Shown one piece after another: positions 18,331 to 26,714 of a DNA stretch of 64,000 nucleotides. The notes below the pieces were generated by a model. The model was not told where the DNA came from and made no database searches. It saw nothing but the letters and a program-made list of their open reading frames with translations. A program made the translations under genes and the position numbers. The stretch spans positions 18,335 to 82,334 of the forward strand of contig JAJZWS010000003.1 of assembly GCA_021846565.1 (NCBI GenBank), in the 5' to 3' direction. How positions within the stretch are numbered: position 1 is the stretch's first letter; each line of letters opens with the position of its first letter. The stretch is from Bacillota bacterium. Lineage in GTDB: Bacteria > Bacillota > Sulfobacillia > Sulfobacillales > JAIMBI01.

Positions 18331-18816
18331 ATGGCGCGACACCGAGTTCCGGACCTGGCCGCGGTGCTGGGTACCCTGACCGCAGAATCCTTGTCCCTGG
18401 TGGCTACGTCCGACGAGCACGGGCACCCCAACGTGGCGGCCGTGTCGTGGCTCCGGGGTGCACCGCCCGACCATCTCGACCTCCTGGTGGGGTGGCGCTC
18501 GCGCTTGGTGAAAAACATTCAGCGTGTCCCCACCGTCACGGTCGTGGTGTTTCAGGAGTCGGTGATGACGCTTCAGGGGCGGGCCCATGTGGAGGAGCGG
18601 CTGGCCCACGGCCTGCCCATTCCCCTCAGCCTGGTGCGAGTCGAGGTGGAGGCGGTGTACGACAGCATGTTCACCGGAGGCCAGCTCATCTCGAGCCCCC
18701 ATTACGTCAAAGACTACCCCGCCAAGCTGCGGCACCTGGATGCGCAGGTAGCGGTGTATCTTGCCGAGCATCAGGCGGCGGCGGCCACGGCGGTTGGCGC
18801 CGACGGCCACGCATGA
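18331..18816 (+). CDS. FMN-binding split-barrel protein (PNPOx / flavin-reductase-like)
   Basis: 161-aa ORF. LSLVATSDEHGHPNVAAVSWL...VTVVVFQESVMTLQGRAHV resembles pyridoxamine-5-phosphate-oxidase-like folds. Its stop overlaps the GntR start (ATGA). Confidence 0.55.
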   Translation: MARHRVPDLAAVLGTLTAESLSLVATSDEHGHPNVAAVSWLRGAPPDHLDLLVGWRSRLVKNIQRVPTVTVVVFQESVMTLQGRAHVEERLAHGLPIPLSLVRVEVEAVYDSMFTGGQLISSPHYVKDYPAKLRHLDAQVAVYLAEHQAAAATAVGADGHA

Positions 18817-19499
18817 TAACCAAGGCCAACCGGCCCCCCAAGCAGGAAAGTGTGTATCGGGAGATTCGCGCACGCATCCAGCGCGGCATGTACGGACCCG
18901 GGTACCGGCTGGTGATTGACCAACTGGCCCGGGACTTCTCCGTGAGCGCCATTCCCGTGCGGGAAGCGGTGCGGCGGCTTGAGGCGGAGCGCCTAGTGGC
19001 GCATACGCCACACGTGGGATTTCAGGTGGTGGCGCAAGATCCGCGCGCGACGGCCGACACCGTTGAGCTGTTGGCGGTGCTGGAGGGCTATGCCGCTCGG
19101 GTGGCCACCCCGGGGCACACCCCCGAGACGCTCGGGGGGCTCCGCACGCTGCTGCGGGCGATGACCGCCCGCGTCGAGGCGGGGGATCCGCTGGGCTATG
19201 GGGTGCTGGACCGTCAGTTTCACGAGGCGCTGGTGGCTCCGGGCACCAACAGCTACGTGAAGCACCTCATCGCCGACGGCCGGGATCGGCTGGAGACGCT
19301 GGAAGGGTCACTGTTCACGCGGGTTCCCGAGCGGATGCGAAGCTCGCTGCAGGAGCACTACCAGCTGGTGGAGAGCCTGGCGGAGCATGGCCCGCCGCCG
19401 ATGTTTGAGCAGATGGTGCGGGCCCACGTCCTGGGCACGCTGGCGGCGCTGGGATTTTGGCAGGAGGGATCGGCGGCCCGGGTGCCGGCGGCCCACTAA
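18813..19499 (+). CDS. GntR-family (FadR/FCD-type) transcriptional regulator
   Basis: The C-terminal part of ORF 18162..19499, starting at MITKANRPPKQESVYREIRARIQRGMYGPGYRLVIDQLARDFSVSAIPVREAVRRLEAERLV (wHTH). A helical FCD-like domain follows. Confidence 0.8.
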   Translation: MITKANRPPKQESVYREIRARIQRGMYGPGYRLVIDQLARDFSVSAIPVREAVRRLEAERLVAHTPHVGFQVVAQDPRATADTVELLAVLEGYAARVATPGHTPETLGGLRTLLRAMTARVEAGDPLGYGVLDRQFHEALVAPGTNSYVKHLIADGRDRLETLEGSLFTRVPERMRSSLQEHYQLVESLAEHGPPPMFEQMVRAHVLGTLAALGFWQEGSAARVPAAH

Positions 19500-19515
19500 A
19501 GCAGGGAGGCAGCTC

Positions 19516-20463
19516 ATGAATCAGACGCCCCAGGAACGGCTCCGAGGGTCGATTGTGCCGCTGGTGACCCCGTTTGACGATGCGAACCAGATTGACGTGG
19601 CCGCCATCGAGCGGCTGGTGGATTGGCAGCTGGCGGCCGGCACGCACGGCATCTCGGTCGGTGGAACGACCGGGGAGCCGTCGGCGCTGACGGCGGCCGA
19701 ACGCGAGCAGTTGTTTCGGGTGACGATGGCGGCCGTCGCCGGCCGGGCGCCGGTGGTGCTGGGCAGCGGATCCAACAACATTGAGGAGACGCTGGCGCTG
19801 ACCGCCGTTGCCGCCCAGCTGGGGGCGGATGCGGCCCTGGTGATTGTGCCGTACTACAACAAGCCCAGCCAGGAAGGGCTCTTTCAGCACTTCCGCACCG
19901 TGGCATCTTCGGTGCCCAACCTGGCGATAATCGTGTACAACATTCCCGGCCGCACGGCGGCCAACATGGAGCCCGCGACGCTAAAGCGCCTGCGCGCGCT
20001 GTGCCCCAACGTCATCGGCGTGAAAGAGGCCAATCGGGACTTCGAGCAGGTGTCGGCGGTCCTGGCCACGGTGGGACGTGACTTTCTTGTCTACAGCGGC
20101 ATCGAGGCGCTGTGCTACCCCATGCTGGCCGTGGGCGGCGCGGGACACATTTCGGCTACGGCCAACATTCTGCCCGGGCCCGTGGCAGACCTGTATAACC
20201 TGGTGGCCGAGAACCACTATGCAGAGGCGCGGGACCTGCACTTTCGCTTGCTGGAGTTGAACCAGGCGCTGTTCTGGGAAACCAACCCCGCTCCCGTGAA
20301 AGCGGCCATGGGGATGATGGGCCTGATTCGCCCCGCGGTCCGTCTGCCGCTGGTGTCTATCAGTGAGGCGCATCGCGCTGGTTTGGAGAAGATTCTGCGG
20401 GCGTATGGCATCCCCATCCCCGATGCGGTCACGGATTTGGCAAGCAGGGAGGGAGAGTCGTGA
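19516..20463 (+). CDS. DHDPS/NAL-family class I aldolase (DapA-like)
   Basis: ORF 19387..20463, trimmed to MNQTPQERLRGSIVPLVTPF (RBS GGGAGG). It carries GTTGE, YNIPGRT and VIGVKEA (Schiff-base Lys). Confidence 0.75.
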   Translation: MNQTPQERLRGSIVPLVTPFDDANQIDVAAIERLVDWQLAAGTHGISVGGTTGEPSALTAAEREQLFRVTMAAVAGRAPVVLGSGSNNIEETLALTAVAAQLGADAALVIVPYYNKPSQEGLFQHFRTVASSVPNLAIIVYNIPGRTAANMEPATLKRLRALCPNVIGVKEANRDFEQVSAVLATVGRDFLVYSGIEALCYPMLAVGGAGHISATANILPGPVADLYNLVAENHYAEARDLHFRLLELNQALFWETNPAPVKAAMGMMGLIRPAVRLPLVSISEAHRAGLEKILRAYGIPIPDAVTDLASREGES

Positions 20464-21206
20464 AGACCGCACGCATTGTGGTGGACGGCGACGTCCGCCG
20501 CGTGACCTATCTTGAGGGGGAGCTGTTGGATGAGCGGGGACGGCGCCATCACCCCGACCGCGCGGTGTTTCTGCCGCCCGTGGCGCCTCAGGTGGTGGTG
20601 GGCTTGGCGCTCAACTATGCGGACCATGCGGCCGAGCTCAAACTGGCCCAGCCGGAGGCCCCGGCGCTGTTCATCAAGCCCAACTCGTGCCTGATTGGCC
20701 ACGGGCTGCCGGTGGTGTACCCGACCGGGGCTCAGTACTGCCACTACGAGGCCGAGCTGGCGGTGGTGATTGACCGCACCTGCCGGCGCGTCACGGAAGA
20801 GCGGGCGCTGGACTACGTCAAGGGCTTCACCGTCGCCAACGACTTCACGTGCCGCGACTTTGTGACCAACATGTTTCGGCCGCCGGTCAAAGCCAAGGGG
20901 TTTGACAGCTTTGGGCCGCTGGGCCCGTATCTGGTGACCATCGATGAAGTGCGTGACCCAGATCGGATGCGCGTGCGCAGTTGGATAAACGGGGAGCTGA
21001 AGCAGGATGGCAATACCGCCGACCTGGTGCACAGCATCTCGGGCATCATCCACTACGTGTCTCAGTTCATGACCCTGCGGGCGGACGACGTGATTCTGAC
21101 CGGCACCCCGCCGGGCATCAGTCCGGTGCACCCCGGCGACGAGATGGTGTGCGAGGTGGACGGCGTCGGCCGCTTGGTCAACCGCGTGGTGGGGGAACTC
21201 GCATGA
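20460..21206 (+). CDS. Fumarylacetoacetate hydrolase (FAH) family protein, single domain (HpaG-like isomerase/decarboxylase or hydratase)
   Basis: 248-aa ORF. The GTG start overlaps the upstream stop. HYEAELAVVI, KGFDSFGPLGPYLVT and DVILTGTPPG are FAH-family motifs. Confidence 0.75.
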   Translation: MKTARIVVDGDVRRVTYLEGELLDERGRRHHPDRAVFLPPVAPQVVVGLALNYADHAAELKLAQPEAPALFIKPNSCLIGHGLPVVYPTGAQYCHYEAELAVVIDRTCRRVTEERALDYVKGFTVANDFTCRDFVTNMFRPPVKAKGFDSFGPLGPYLVTIDEVRDPDRMRVRSWINGELKQDGNTADLVHSISGIIHYVSQFMTLRADDVILTGTPPGISPVHPGDEMVCEVDGVGRLVNRVVGELA

Positions 21207-22681
21207 ACCACGTCGTCTCCCCGCTGCTGCAGCACTTTATTGGTGGCACCTGGCAGGACAGTGTTTCCGGGGACACCTTTGCCGACGTCAACCCCGCCAC
21301 CGGTGCGGTCATCACGCACGTGGCGGCCGGGGACGCCCGAGACGTGGCCCGGGCCGTGGCCGCCGCCGCGGAGGCGTTTCACGAAGGGCCTTGGGCCCGG
21401 CGCGGAGGCGCCTACCGGGCACCGTTTTTGGAGCGCATCGCCCAGTTGATGCGGGCGCACGCGGAGGAACTCTCTTGGCTGGAAACCCTGGACACCGGCA
21501 TCCCGATTCGCCAAACCCGCGGCCAGATTGCCCGGGCGGCGGAGAATTTTCGGTTCTTCGCCGCCCGGGCTCGGGAGATGACGGGGGCCACCTACCCGGT
21601 GCCCGGCTTTCTGAACTACAGCCTGCGGCAGCCGGTCGGGGTCGCGGGGCTCATCACGCCGTGGAACACCCCCCTCATGCTGGAAAGCTGGAAGCTCGCG
21701 CCATGCCTCGCCGCCGGCGATCCCCTCGTGTTAAAGCCGGCCGAGTGGTCGCCGCTTACAGCGGATCGCCTGGCGCACCTGATCGCGGAGGCCGAGCTGC
21801 CGGTTGGCGTGTTCAACCTCGTCCACGGCTACGGCGAAACCGCTGGCGCAAGCTTGGTGGCCCACCCGGGCGTGCGCCTGATTTCTTTTACCGGTGAAAC
21901 CAGCACCGGGCGAACGATCATGCAAAATGGGGCCAATACGTTAAAGCGCTTCTCCATGGAACTGGGTGGCAAGTCGCCGGTGCTGGTGTTTGACGACGCG
22001 GATCTGGAGCGCGCCTTGGACGCCGCGCTGTTTGGCATGTTCACGCTGAACGGCGAGCGCTGTACAGCAGGCTCGCGCCTTTTGGTGCAGGACACGGTGG
22101 CGGACCGGCTGGTGCCGGAGCTGGTGCGGCGGGTGGGACGGATTCGGGTGGGCGATCCGTTCGACGAGACCACGGATCTGGGACCTCTCATTCACCCAGA
22201 GCACTGGGAGCGGGTGATGAGCTACGTGGCGCTGGCACCCCAAGAGGGAGCCCGCGTCGCGGTGGGGGGCCGCCGGCCCCCCCACCTGCCTGCAGGCAGC
22301 TACCTGGAGGCCACGGTGCTGACCGGCGTCACGCCGGGGATGCGGGTGGCGCGCGAGGAGATTTTCGGACCGGTACTGGCGGTGATGACCTTTACCGACG
22401 AGGCCGAGGCGGTCGCTCTGGCGAACGAGGTGGACTATGGTTTGGCGGCCTACGTGTGGACGAGCGATGTGACACGCGCGCACCGCGTGGCCGAAGCACT
22501 GGAAGCCGGCATGGTGTGGGTGAACTCGCCGAACGTGCGGGATCTCCGGACGCCGTTTGGCGGCAGCAAGATGAGCGGGATGGGCCGGGAAGGCGGCGAG
22601 TGGTCGTTTGACTTCTACACGGAGTGGAAGTCGGTGCAGGTGGCGCTCAACCCGGCGGACATTCCGCGCCTGGGCCTGTAG
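21203..22681 (+). CDS. hpaE: NAD-dependent aldehyde dehydrogenase, probably 5-carboxymethyl-2-hydroxymuconate semialdehyde dehydrogenase
   Basis: The ATG at 21203 overlaps the upstream TGA. It carries ELGGKSP and FTLNGERCTAGSR (catalytic Cys). The specific assignment comes from operon context. Confidence 0.7.
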   Translation: MNHVVSPLLQHFIGGTWQDSVSGDTFADVNPATGAVITHVAAGDARDVARAVAAAAEAFHEGPWARRGGAYRAPFLERIAQLMRAHAEELSWLETLDTGIPIRQTRGQIARAAENFRFFAARAREMTGATYPVPGFLNYSLRQPVGVAGLITPWNTPLMLESWKLAPCLAAGDPLVLKPAEWSPLTADRLAHLIAEAELPVGVFNLVHGYGETAGASLVAHPGVRLISFTGETSTGRTIMQNGANTLKRFSMELGGKSPVLVFDDADLERALDAALFGMFTLNGERCTAGSRLLVQDTVADRLVPELVRRVGRIRVGDPFDETTDLGPLIHPEHWERVMSYVALAPQEGARVAVGGRRPPHLPAGSYLEATVLTGVTPGMRVAREEIFGPVLAVMTFTDEAEAVALANEVDYGLAAYVWTSDVTRAHRVAEALEAGMVWVNSPNVRDLRTPFGGSKMSGMGREGGEWSFDFYTEWKSVQVALNPADIPRLGL

Positions 22682-22731
22682 CGGAGAGCGGATCGGACTG
22701 GCGGAATCGCTTATCTGGGAAAGGACGTGAC

Positions 22732-24204
22732 TTGGTGGGTGTTCGGACCGGGGCGCAGTATTTGCATGACGTGAACCAGTCGCCGCGGGAGCTTTGGATC
22801 GACGGACGGCGCATCACGGGGGCGGTGGCGGAGGATGCGGCGTTTCGGCGCCTCGCGGGCAGCATCGCCGGCCTGTATGACCTGCAGCACCAGCCGGGCC
22901 TCCAAGAGGAGATGACGTATCAGTCGCCCTCTAGCGGCGACCGGGTGGGTTTGAGCTTTCTCACGCCCCGTACTAAAGATGATTTGGCGCGGCGGCGCCG
23001 CATGATGCAGCACTGGGCCAACTTCTCCGGGGGCATTATGGGACGCACGCCCGACTACCTGAACTCGGACTTGATGGCTCTGGCGTCCGCATCGGGATTC
23101 TTCGACCAAAACGACCCACGCTTCGGGGAGAACGTGCGGCGCTACTACGAATATGTGCGGGAGAACGACCTGTGCCTCACGCACACCCTGATTAATCCGC
23201 AGAGCAACCGCGCCGTGGGCCCTTCGCAGCAGAGCGACCCGTACATCGCGGCGCGCATTCTCGAGAAGACCAGCGCGGGGGTGGTTGTCCGCGGGGCGCG
23301 CATGCTGGCCACCCTGCCGCTGGCCGATGAGATTCTGGTGTTCCCCTCGACGGTGATTCGGGCGACCGACGAAGACAAGCCGTACGCCTACGCGTTCAGC
23401 CTACCGTGTGCCACGCCCGGACTCCGGTTCATCTGCCGCGAAAGCTTCGACTATGGCCGGCCGGAATTCGACCACCCGCTGGCGTCGCGCTTTGAAGAGA
23501 TGGATGCCATGGTGGTGTTTGACGACGTGCTGGTGCCGTGGGATCGAGTGTTTTTGCTGGAGAACGGGGAGTTGTGCAACCGGCTGTACTCGGACACCGA
23601 CGCCACGGTCCACATGACGCACCAGGTGGTGGTGAAAAACATCGCCAAGGCCGAGTTTGTTCTGGGCGTGGCCAGTACCATCGTGGACATGATTGGCATC
23701 GAACAGTTTCAGCACGTCCAGGAGAAGATCGCCGAGATGATCATCGCGGTCGAAACCCAGAAGGCCTTTATTCTGGCGTCCGAGGCCAACGCGCACGAGA
23801 ACCCGTATGGTGTGATGACGCCCGACTGGACGCCCTTGAACATCGCCCGCAACACGTTTCCCAAAATCTATCCGCGGCTGGTTGAGATCATTCAGCAGCT
23901 GGGCGCCAGCGGGCTCATGGCCATTCCCACCGAGCGGGACTTGAGCGAGCCCACGCTGCGCCGGGATATTGACCGGTTCTACCAGGCGCGCAACACCGAC
24001 GCCGCCACCCGGATTCGGCTGTTTCGGCTGGCGTGGGACTTGGCGCTTTCCAGCTTCGCCGGTCGGCAGGTGCTGTACGAGCGGTTCTTCTTTGGCGATC
24101 CGGTGCGCATGGCCGGTGCGCTGTACTTCTCGTACGACAAACAGCCCATGAAGAACCGGGTGGCCGAGTTCCTGGAACGGACGCCGATTCCCTCGCCCGA
24201 ATAG
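22732..24204 (+). CDS. hpaB: 4-hydroxyphenylacetate 3-monooxygenase, oxygenase component
   Basis: ORF 22624..24204. The likely TTG/GTG start is at 22732/22735, behind GGAAAGGA. VGVRTGAQYLHDVNQSPRELWIDGRRI..., and the about 490-aa length and C-terminal region are typical of HpaB-type two-component flavin monooxygenases. Confidence 0.75.
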   Translation: MVGVRTGAQYLHDVNQSPRELWIDGRRITGAVAEDAAFRRLAGSIAGLYDLQHQPGLQEEMTYQSPSSGDRVGLSFLTPRTKDDLARRRRMMQHWANFSGGIMGRTPDYLNSDLMALASASGFFDQNDPRFGENVRRYYEYVRENDLCLTHTLINPQSNRAVGPSQQSDPYIAARILEKTSAGVVVRGARMLATLPLADEILVFPSTVIRATDEDKPYAYAFSLPCATPGLRFICRESFDYGRPEFDHPLASRFEEMDAMVVFDDVLVPWDRVFLLENGELCNRLYSDTDATVHMTHQVVVKNIAKAEFVLGVASTIVDMIGIEQFQHVQEKIAEMIIAVETQKAFILASEANAHENPYGVMTPDWTPLNIARNTFPKIYPRLVEIIQQLGASGLMAIPTERDLSEPTLRRDIDRFYQARNTDAATRIRLFRLAWDLALSSFAGRQVLYERFFFGDPVRMAGALYFSYDKQPMKNRVAEFLERTPIPSPE

Positions 24205-24247
24205 GCTCAGCACCCACGTGGATACCCAGCGAAGGAGGCAGGCACGA

Positions 24248-25255
24248 ATGGCACAGGCGGCGGTGAACATTCTGCGGACCAGCCATGTCGAGTACCGGGT
24301 CACGGATCTGGATCGGGCCCGGCACTTCTACTGCGACCTCATTGGCTTCGTCGAAACCGCCCGGGATGATCAGCACCTGTATCTCCGGGGGCTGGAGGAC
24401 CGCATGCACCACTCGCTGGTGCTGACCCGGGCCGAGAGTCCGAGCGTGGTGCATGCCGCCTTCCGGGTGGCGGCCGAGTCCGACCTGGACGCGGCGGAGG
24501 CGTTTGCGACGCATCACCACCTGTGGCACGAGTGGACCACCCCCGGTACGGAGGCGGGCATGGGCCGCACCTTGCGCATCATGGACCCGTTTGGCTTCCC
24601 CATTGAGCTGGTGCACCAGGTGGAGCCGGCCGAGTGGCAGCTGCAGACGTACACGGCGTACAAGGGGGCGGCCGTCATGCGGCTCGACCATGTGAACTTT
24701 GTCACGCCGCATGTTGATCGCGCCGCGCGCTGGTACATGGAGGAGCTGAGCTTTCAAAACTCGGAGTGCACCGTGAGCCGGGATCCCGAGACTGGAGACG
24801 AGCGCCTGTGGGGAGCCTGGCTGCGCCGCAAGCAAACGTCGCACGACTTGGCCATCTCGAACGGGCGCGGACCACGCATCCACCATGCGGCGTTCATTGC
24901 GCACAGCACCGAGACACTGCTGCACGCGGCCGACGTGCTGGCGTCCACCGGCCATTTTGAGAACCTGGAGCGTGGCCCCGGCCGCCACGGCACCACCAAC
25001 GCGTTTTTTCTCTATGTGCGCGACCCCGATGGCAATCGCTTCGAGCTGTTTACCGGCGACTATCTGGTGGCCGACCCCGACTGGCCCACGGTCACGTGGG
25101 ATCTGAACGACCCCCGGCGGGCCACGTTCTGGGGTGCCGAGGCGCCCTCACGGTGGTTCAACGAAGCGATGGGGGCTTGTTCGTGGGAAACGGGCGAACC
25201 CGGGCCACTGGAGGAGCCCACCCTGCCGGACCGGCCGGCCAGCCGCGCCCGTTGA
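24248..25255 (+). CDS. hpaD: Extradiol ring-cleavage dioxygenase (VOC family), probably homoprotocatechuate 2,3-dioxygenase
   Basis: ORF 24218..25255, trimmed to MAQAAVNILRTSHVEYRVTDLDRARHFY (RBS GAAGGAGG). Two VOC modules: LDHVNFV and HDLAISNGRGPRIHHAAF. Confidence 0.75.
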   Translation: MAQAAVNILRTSHVEYRVTDLDRARHFYCDLIGFVETARDDQHLYLRGLEDRMHHSLVLTRAESPSVVHAAFRVAAESDLDAAEAFATHHHLWHEWTTPGTEAGMGRTLRIMDPFGFPIELVHQVEPAEWQLQTYTAYKGAAVMRLDHVNFVTPHVDRAARWYMEELSFQNSECTVSRDPETGDERLWGAWLRRKQTSHDLAISNGRGPRIHHAAFIAHSTETLLHAADVLASTGHFENLERGPGRHGTTNAFFLYVRDPDGNRFELFTGDYLVADPDWPTVTWDLNDPRRATFWGAEAPSRWFNEAMGACSWETGEPGPLEEPTLPDRPASRAR

Positions 25256-25317
25256 CGGCCCGCTCGCGTGGGGACGGCCAAGCGCGTCACCCGTGGGGCG
25301 GGCATCTCGTCCCGGCT

Positions 25318-25355
25318 CGTCTCACTGCCATATAATGAGACGAAGAAATGAGACG
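25318..25355 (+). promoter_or_regulatory. Promoter -10 (TATAAT 25331-25336) embedded in an inverted repeat plus a direct repeat; candidate operator
   Basis: CGTCTCA (25318-25324) and TGAGACG (25336-25342) form a 7-bp inverted repeat around ctgccaTATAA. ATGAGACG recurs at 25335-25342 and 25348-25355, a 13-bp period. Confidence 0.5.
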
Positions 25356-25385
25356 CAGAATCGGACGAGGATGCGAGGTGATCCG

Positions 25386-26054
25386 ATGCACGAAGAGATT
25401 CTGTTCGATGGGATGACTGCCGTGGCGGAGGCCCTCTCCCGCTGGCCGGCCCTGGCTGCCTTTTACCTGGCGGGCGGCACCGCGCTCGCGCTGCATCTTG
25501 GACACCGGCAGTCGCGCGACCTGGACTTGTTCACTCGGCAGCCGATGGCGGTGCTGCCGCCGTTGCCAGGGATGGACGAGGCGCTCGGGTCCTATCACCG
25601 GGTCGAATGGGAGCTCAATACTCGAGAGCAGATTTCGTGGCGGTTGGATGGCGTGTCCGTCACCCTGCTGGCTTATCCGTTTGCGCACCGGTTTCCCTTG
25701 CACGCGTGGCGGGGACTGTCTGTAGCCGATGCGCGCGATGTGGCTGTACAAAAGGCATATACGCTGGGACGCCGTGCCCAGGCCCGTGACTACCTGGATC
25801 TGCATGCCGCGCTGACCGGCGGCGTCCTCTCACTCGATGACGTGCTCCAGTGGGGCCCCGCGACGTACGGGGACGCGTTTTCCCCCCGGCTCTTTCTACA
25901 GCAGCTCACCTACACGCGCGATGTGATGGACCTTGACAGCGCGCTGGCGCTACTGGCGACCCCGAGGCCTTTCGCGACCATCGCCCGCGAGTTGGCGGTC
26001 CAGGTTCAGGCTTGGGGCCGTGCGCATTGGAACCCTCCCGGGGCTCCGCGATGA
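25386..26054 (+). CDS. Nucleotidyltransferase of the AbiEii/AbiGii (DUF1814) toxin family
   Basis: ORF 25134..26054, trimmed to MHEEILFDG (ATG at 25386, RBS GAGGTGA). FYLAGGTALALHLGHRQSRDLDLF matches the nucleotidyltransferase motif of AbiEii-like proteins as I remember it. KAYTLGRRAQARDYLDL follows. Confidence 0.7.
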   Translation: MHEEILFDGMTAVAEALSRWPALAAFYLAGGTALALHLGHRQSRDLDLFTRQPMAVLPPLPGMDEALGSYHRVEWELNTREQISWRLDGVSVTLLAYPFAHRFPLHAWRGLSVADARDVAVQKAYTLGRRAQARDYLDLHAALTGGVLSLDDVLQWGPATYGDAFSPRLFLQQLTYTRDVMDLDSALALLATPRPFATIARELAVQVQAWGRAHWNPPGAPR

Positions 26055-26383
26055 TGTTGCCCGACACGGTGCAACGCCTGTTCTACCGGTATCACGCGGA
26101 CCGGTTGGACACGGAGCGGCACGCCAGCGTCATCATTTCCACCGTCCTGTCCGATGGGGCGCTGGCAGACTGGGACTGGCTCTTTGGCGTGTATGGTTGG
26201 GCCGCCCTCGGCGACTGGATCGCGACGCCGAGCCATGCCATGGAGCTTCCCCCGTCGTTGGAACGCCTTTGGACCCTGATTTTACTGGGGCAGCCGCACG
26301 AGACGCCGCGTTGGCTGGGCGGGAATGCCCGCCGTGTGGTTCCGCCGAGCGCACTCCCCGAGTGGTTTCCCCGCGAGCTCTGA
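26051..26383 (+). CDS. Small DUF6922-like protein, translationally coupled to the NTase gene
   Basis: ORF 26012..26383. The ATG at 26051 overlaps the NTase TGA (ATGA). RLDTERHASVIISTVLSDGALADWDWLFGVYGWAAL resembles the DUF6922 family from memory, with no search run. Confidence 0.55.
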   Translation: MMLPDTVQRLFYRYHADRLDTERHASVIISTVLSDGALADWDWLFGVYGWAALGDWIATPSHAMELPPSLERLWTLILLGQPHETPRWLGGNARRVVPPSALPEWFPREL

Positions 26384-26714
26384 CGCCAGTCGTCGGCGCT
26401 GCCTCGGGGAGAGGCGCCCCACCGTGGTTGGGACGTGATGTGTGGGCATCATCCCGGCCCCGCGTCTGTGCCCAGTGCATCACCTCGTTTCCGGCCCACC
26501 TGTCATCGGTCGGGGTGTACCACCGCGGCCACGACGGCTCATGGAGACCGTCAGGACGCCTCGCTTGGGCGCCGCCCCTCTGCGACGCGGCGGCCCACTC
26601 GGACCGCAAAACAGTGGCCGTACGGCCGTGAGCCCGCGCGGGGGCGTTGGTGTACTGATCGTGCCAGGGCGTTCTGGCAAGATGCGCGAGCCAGGACGCG
26701 GGAGGAGGGACATC

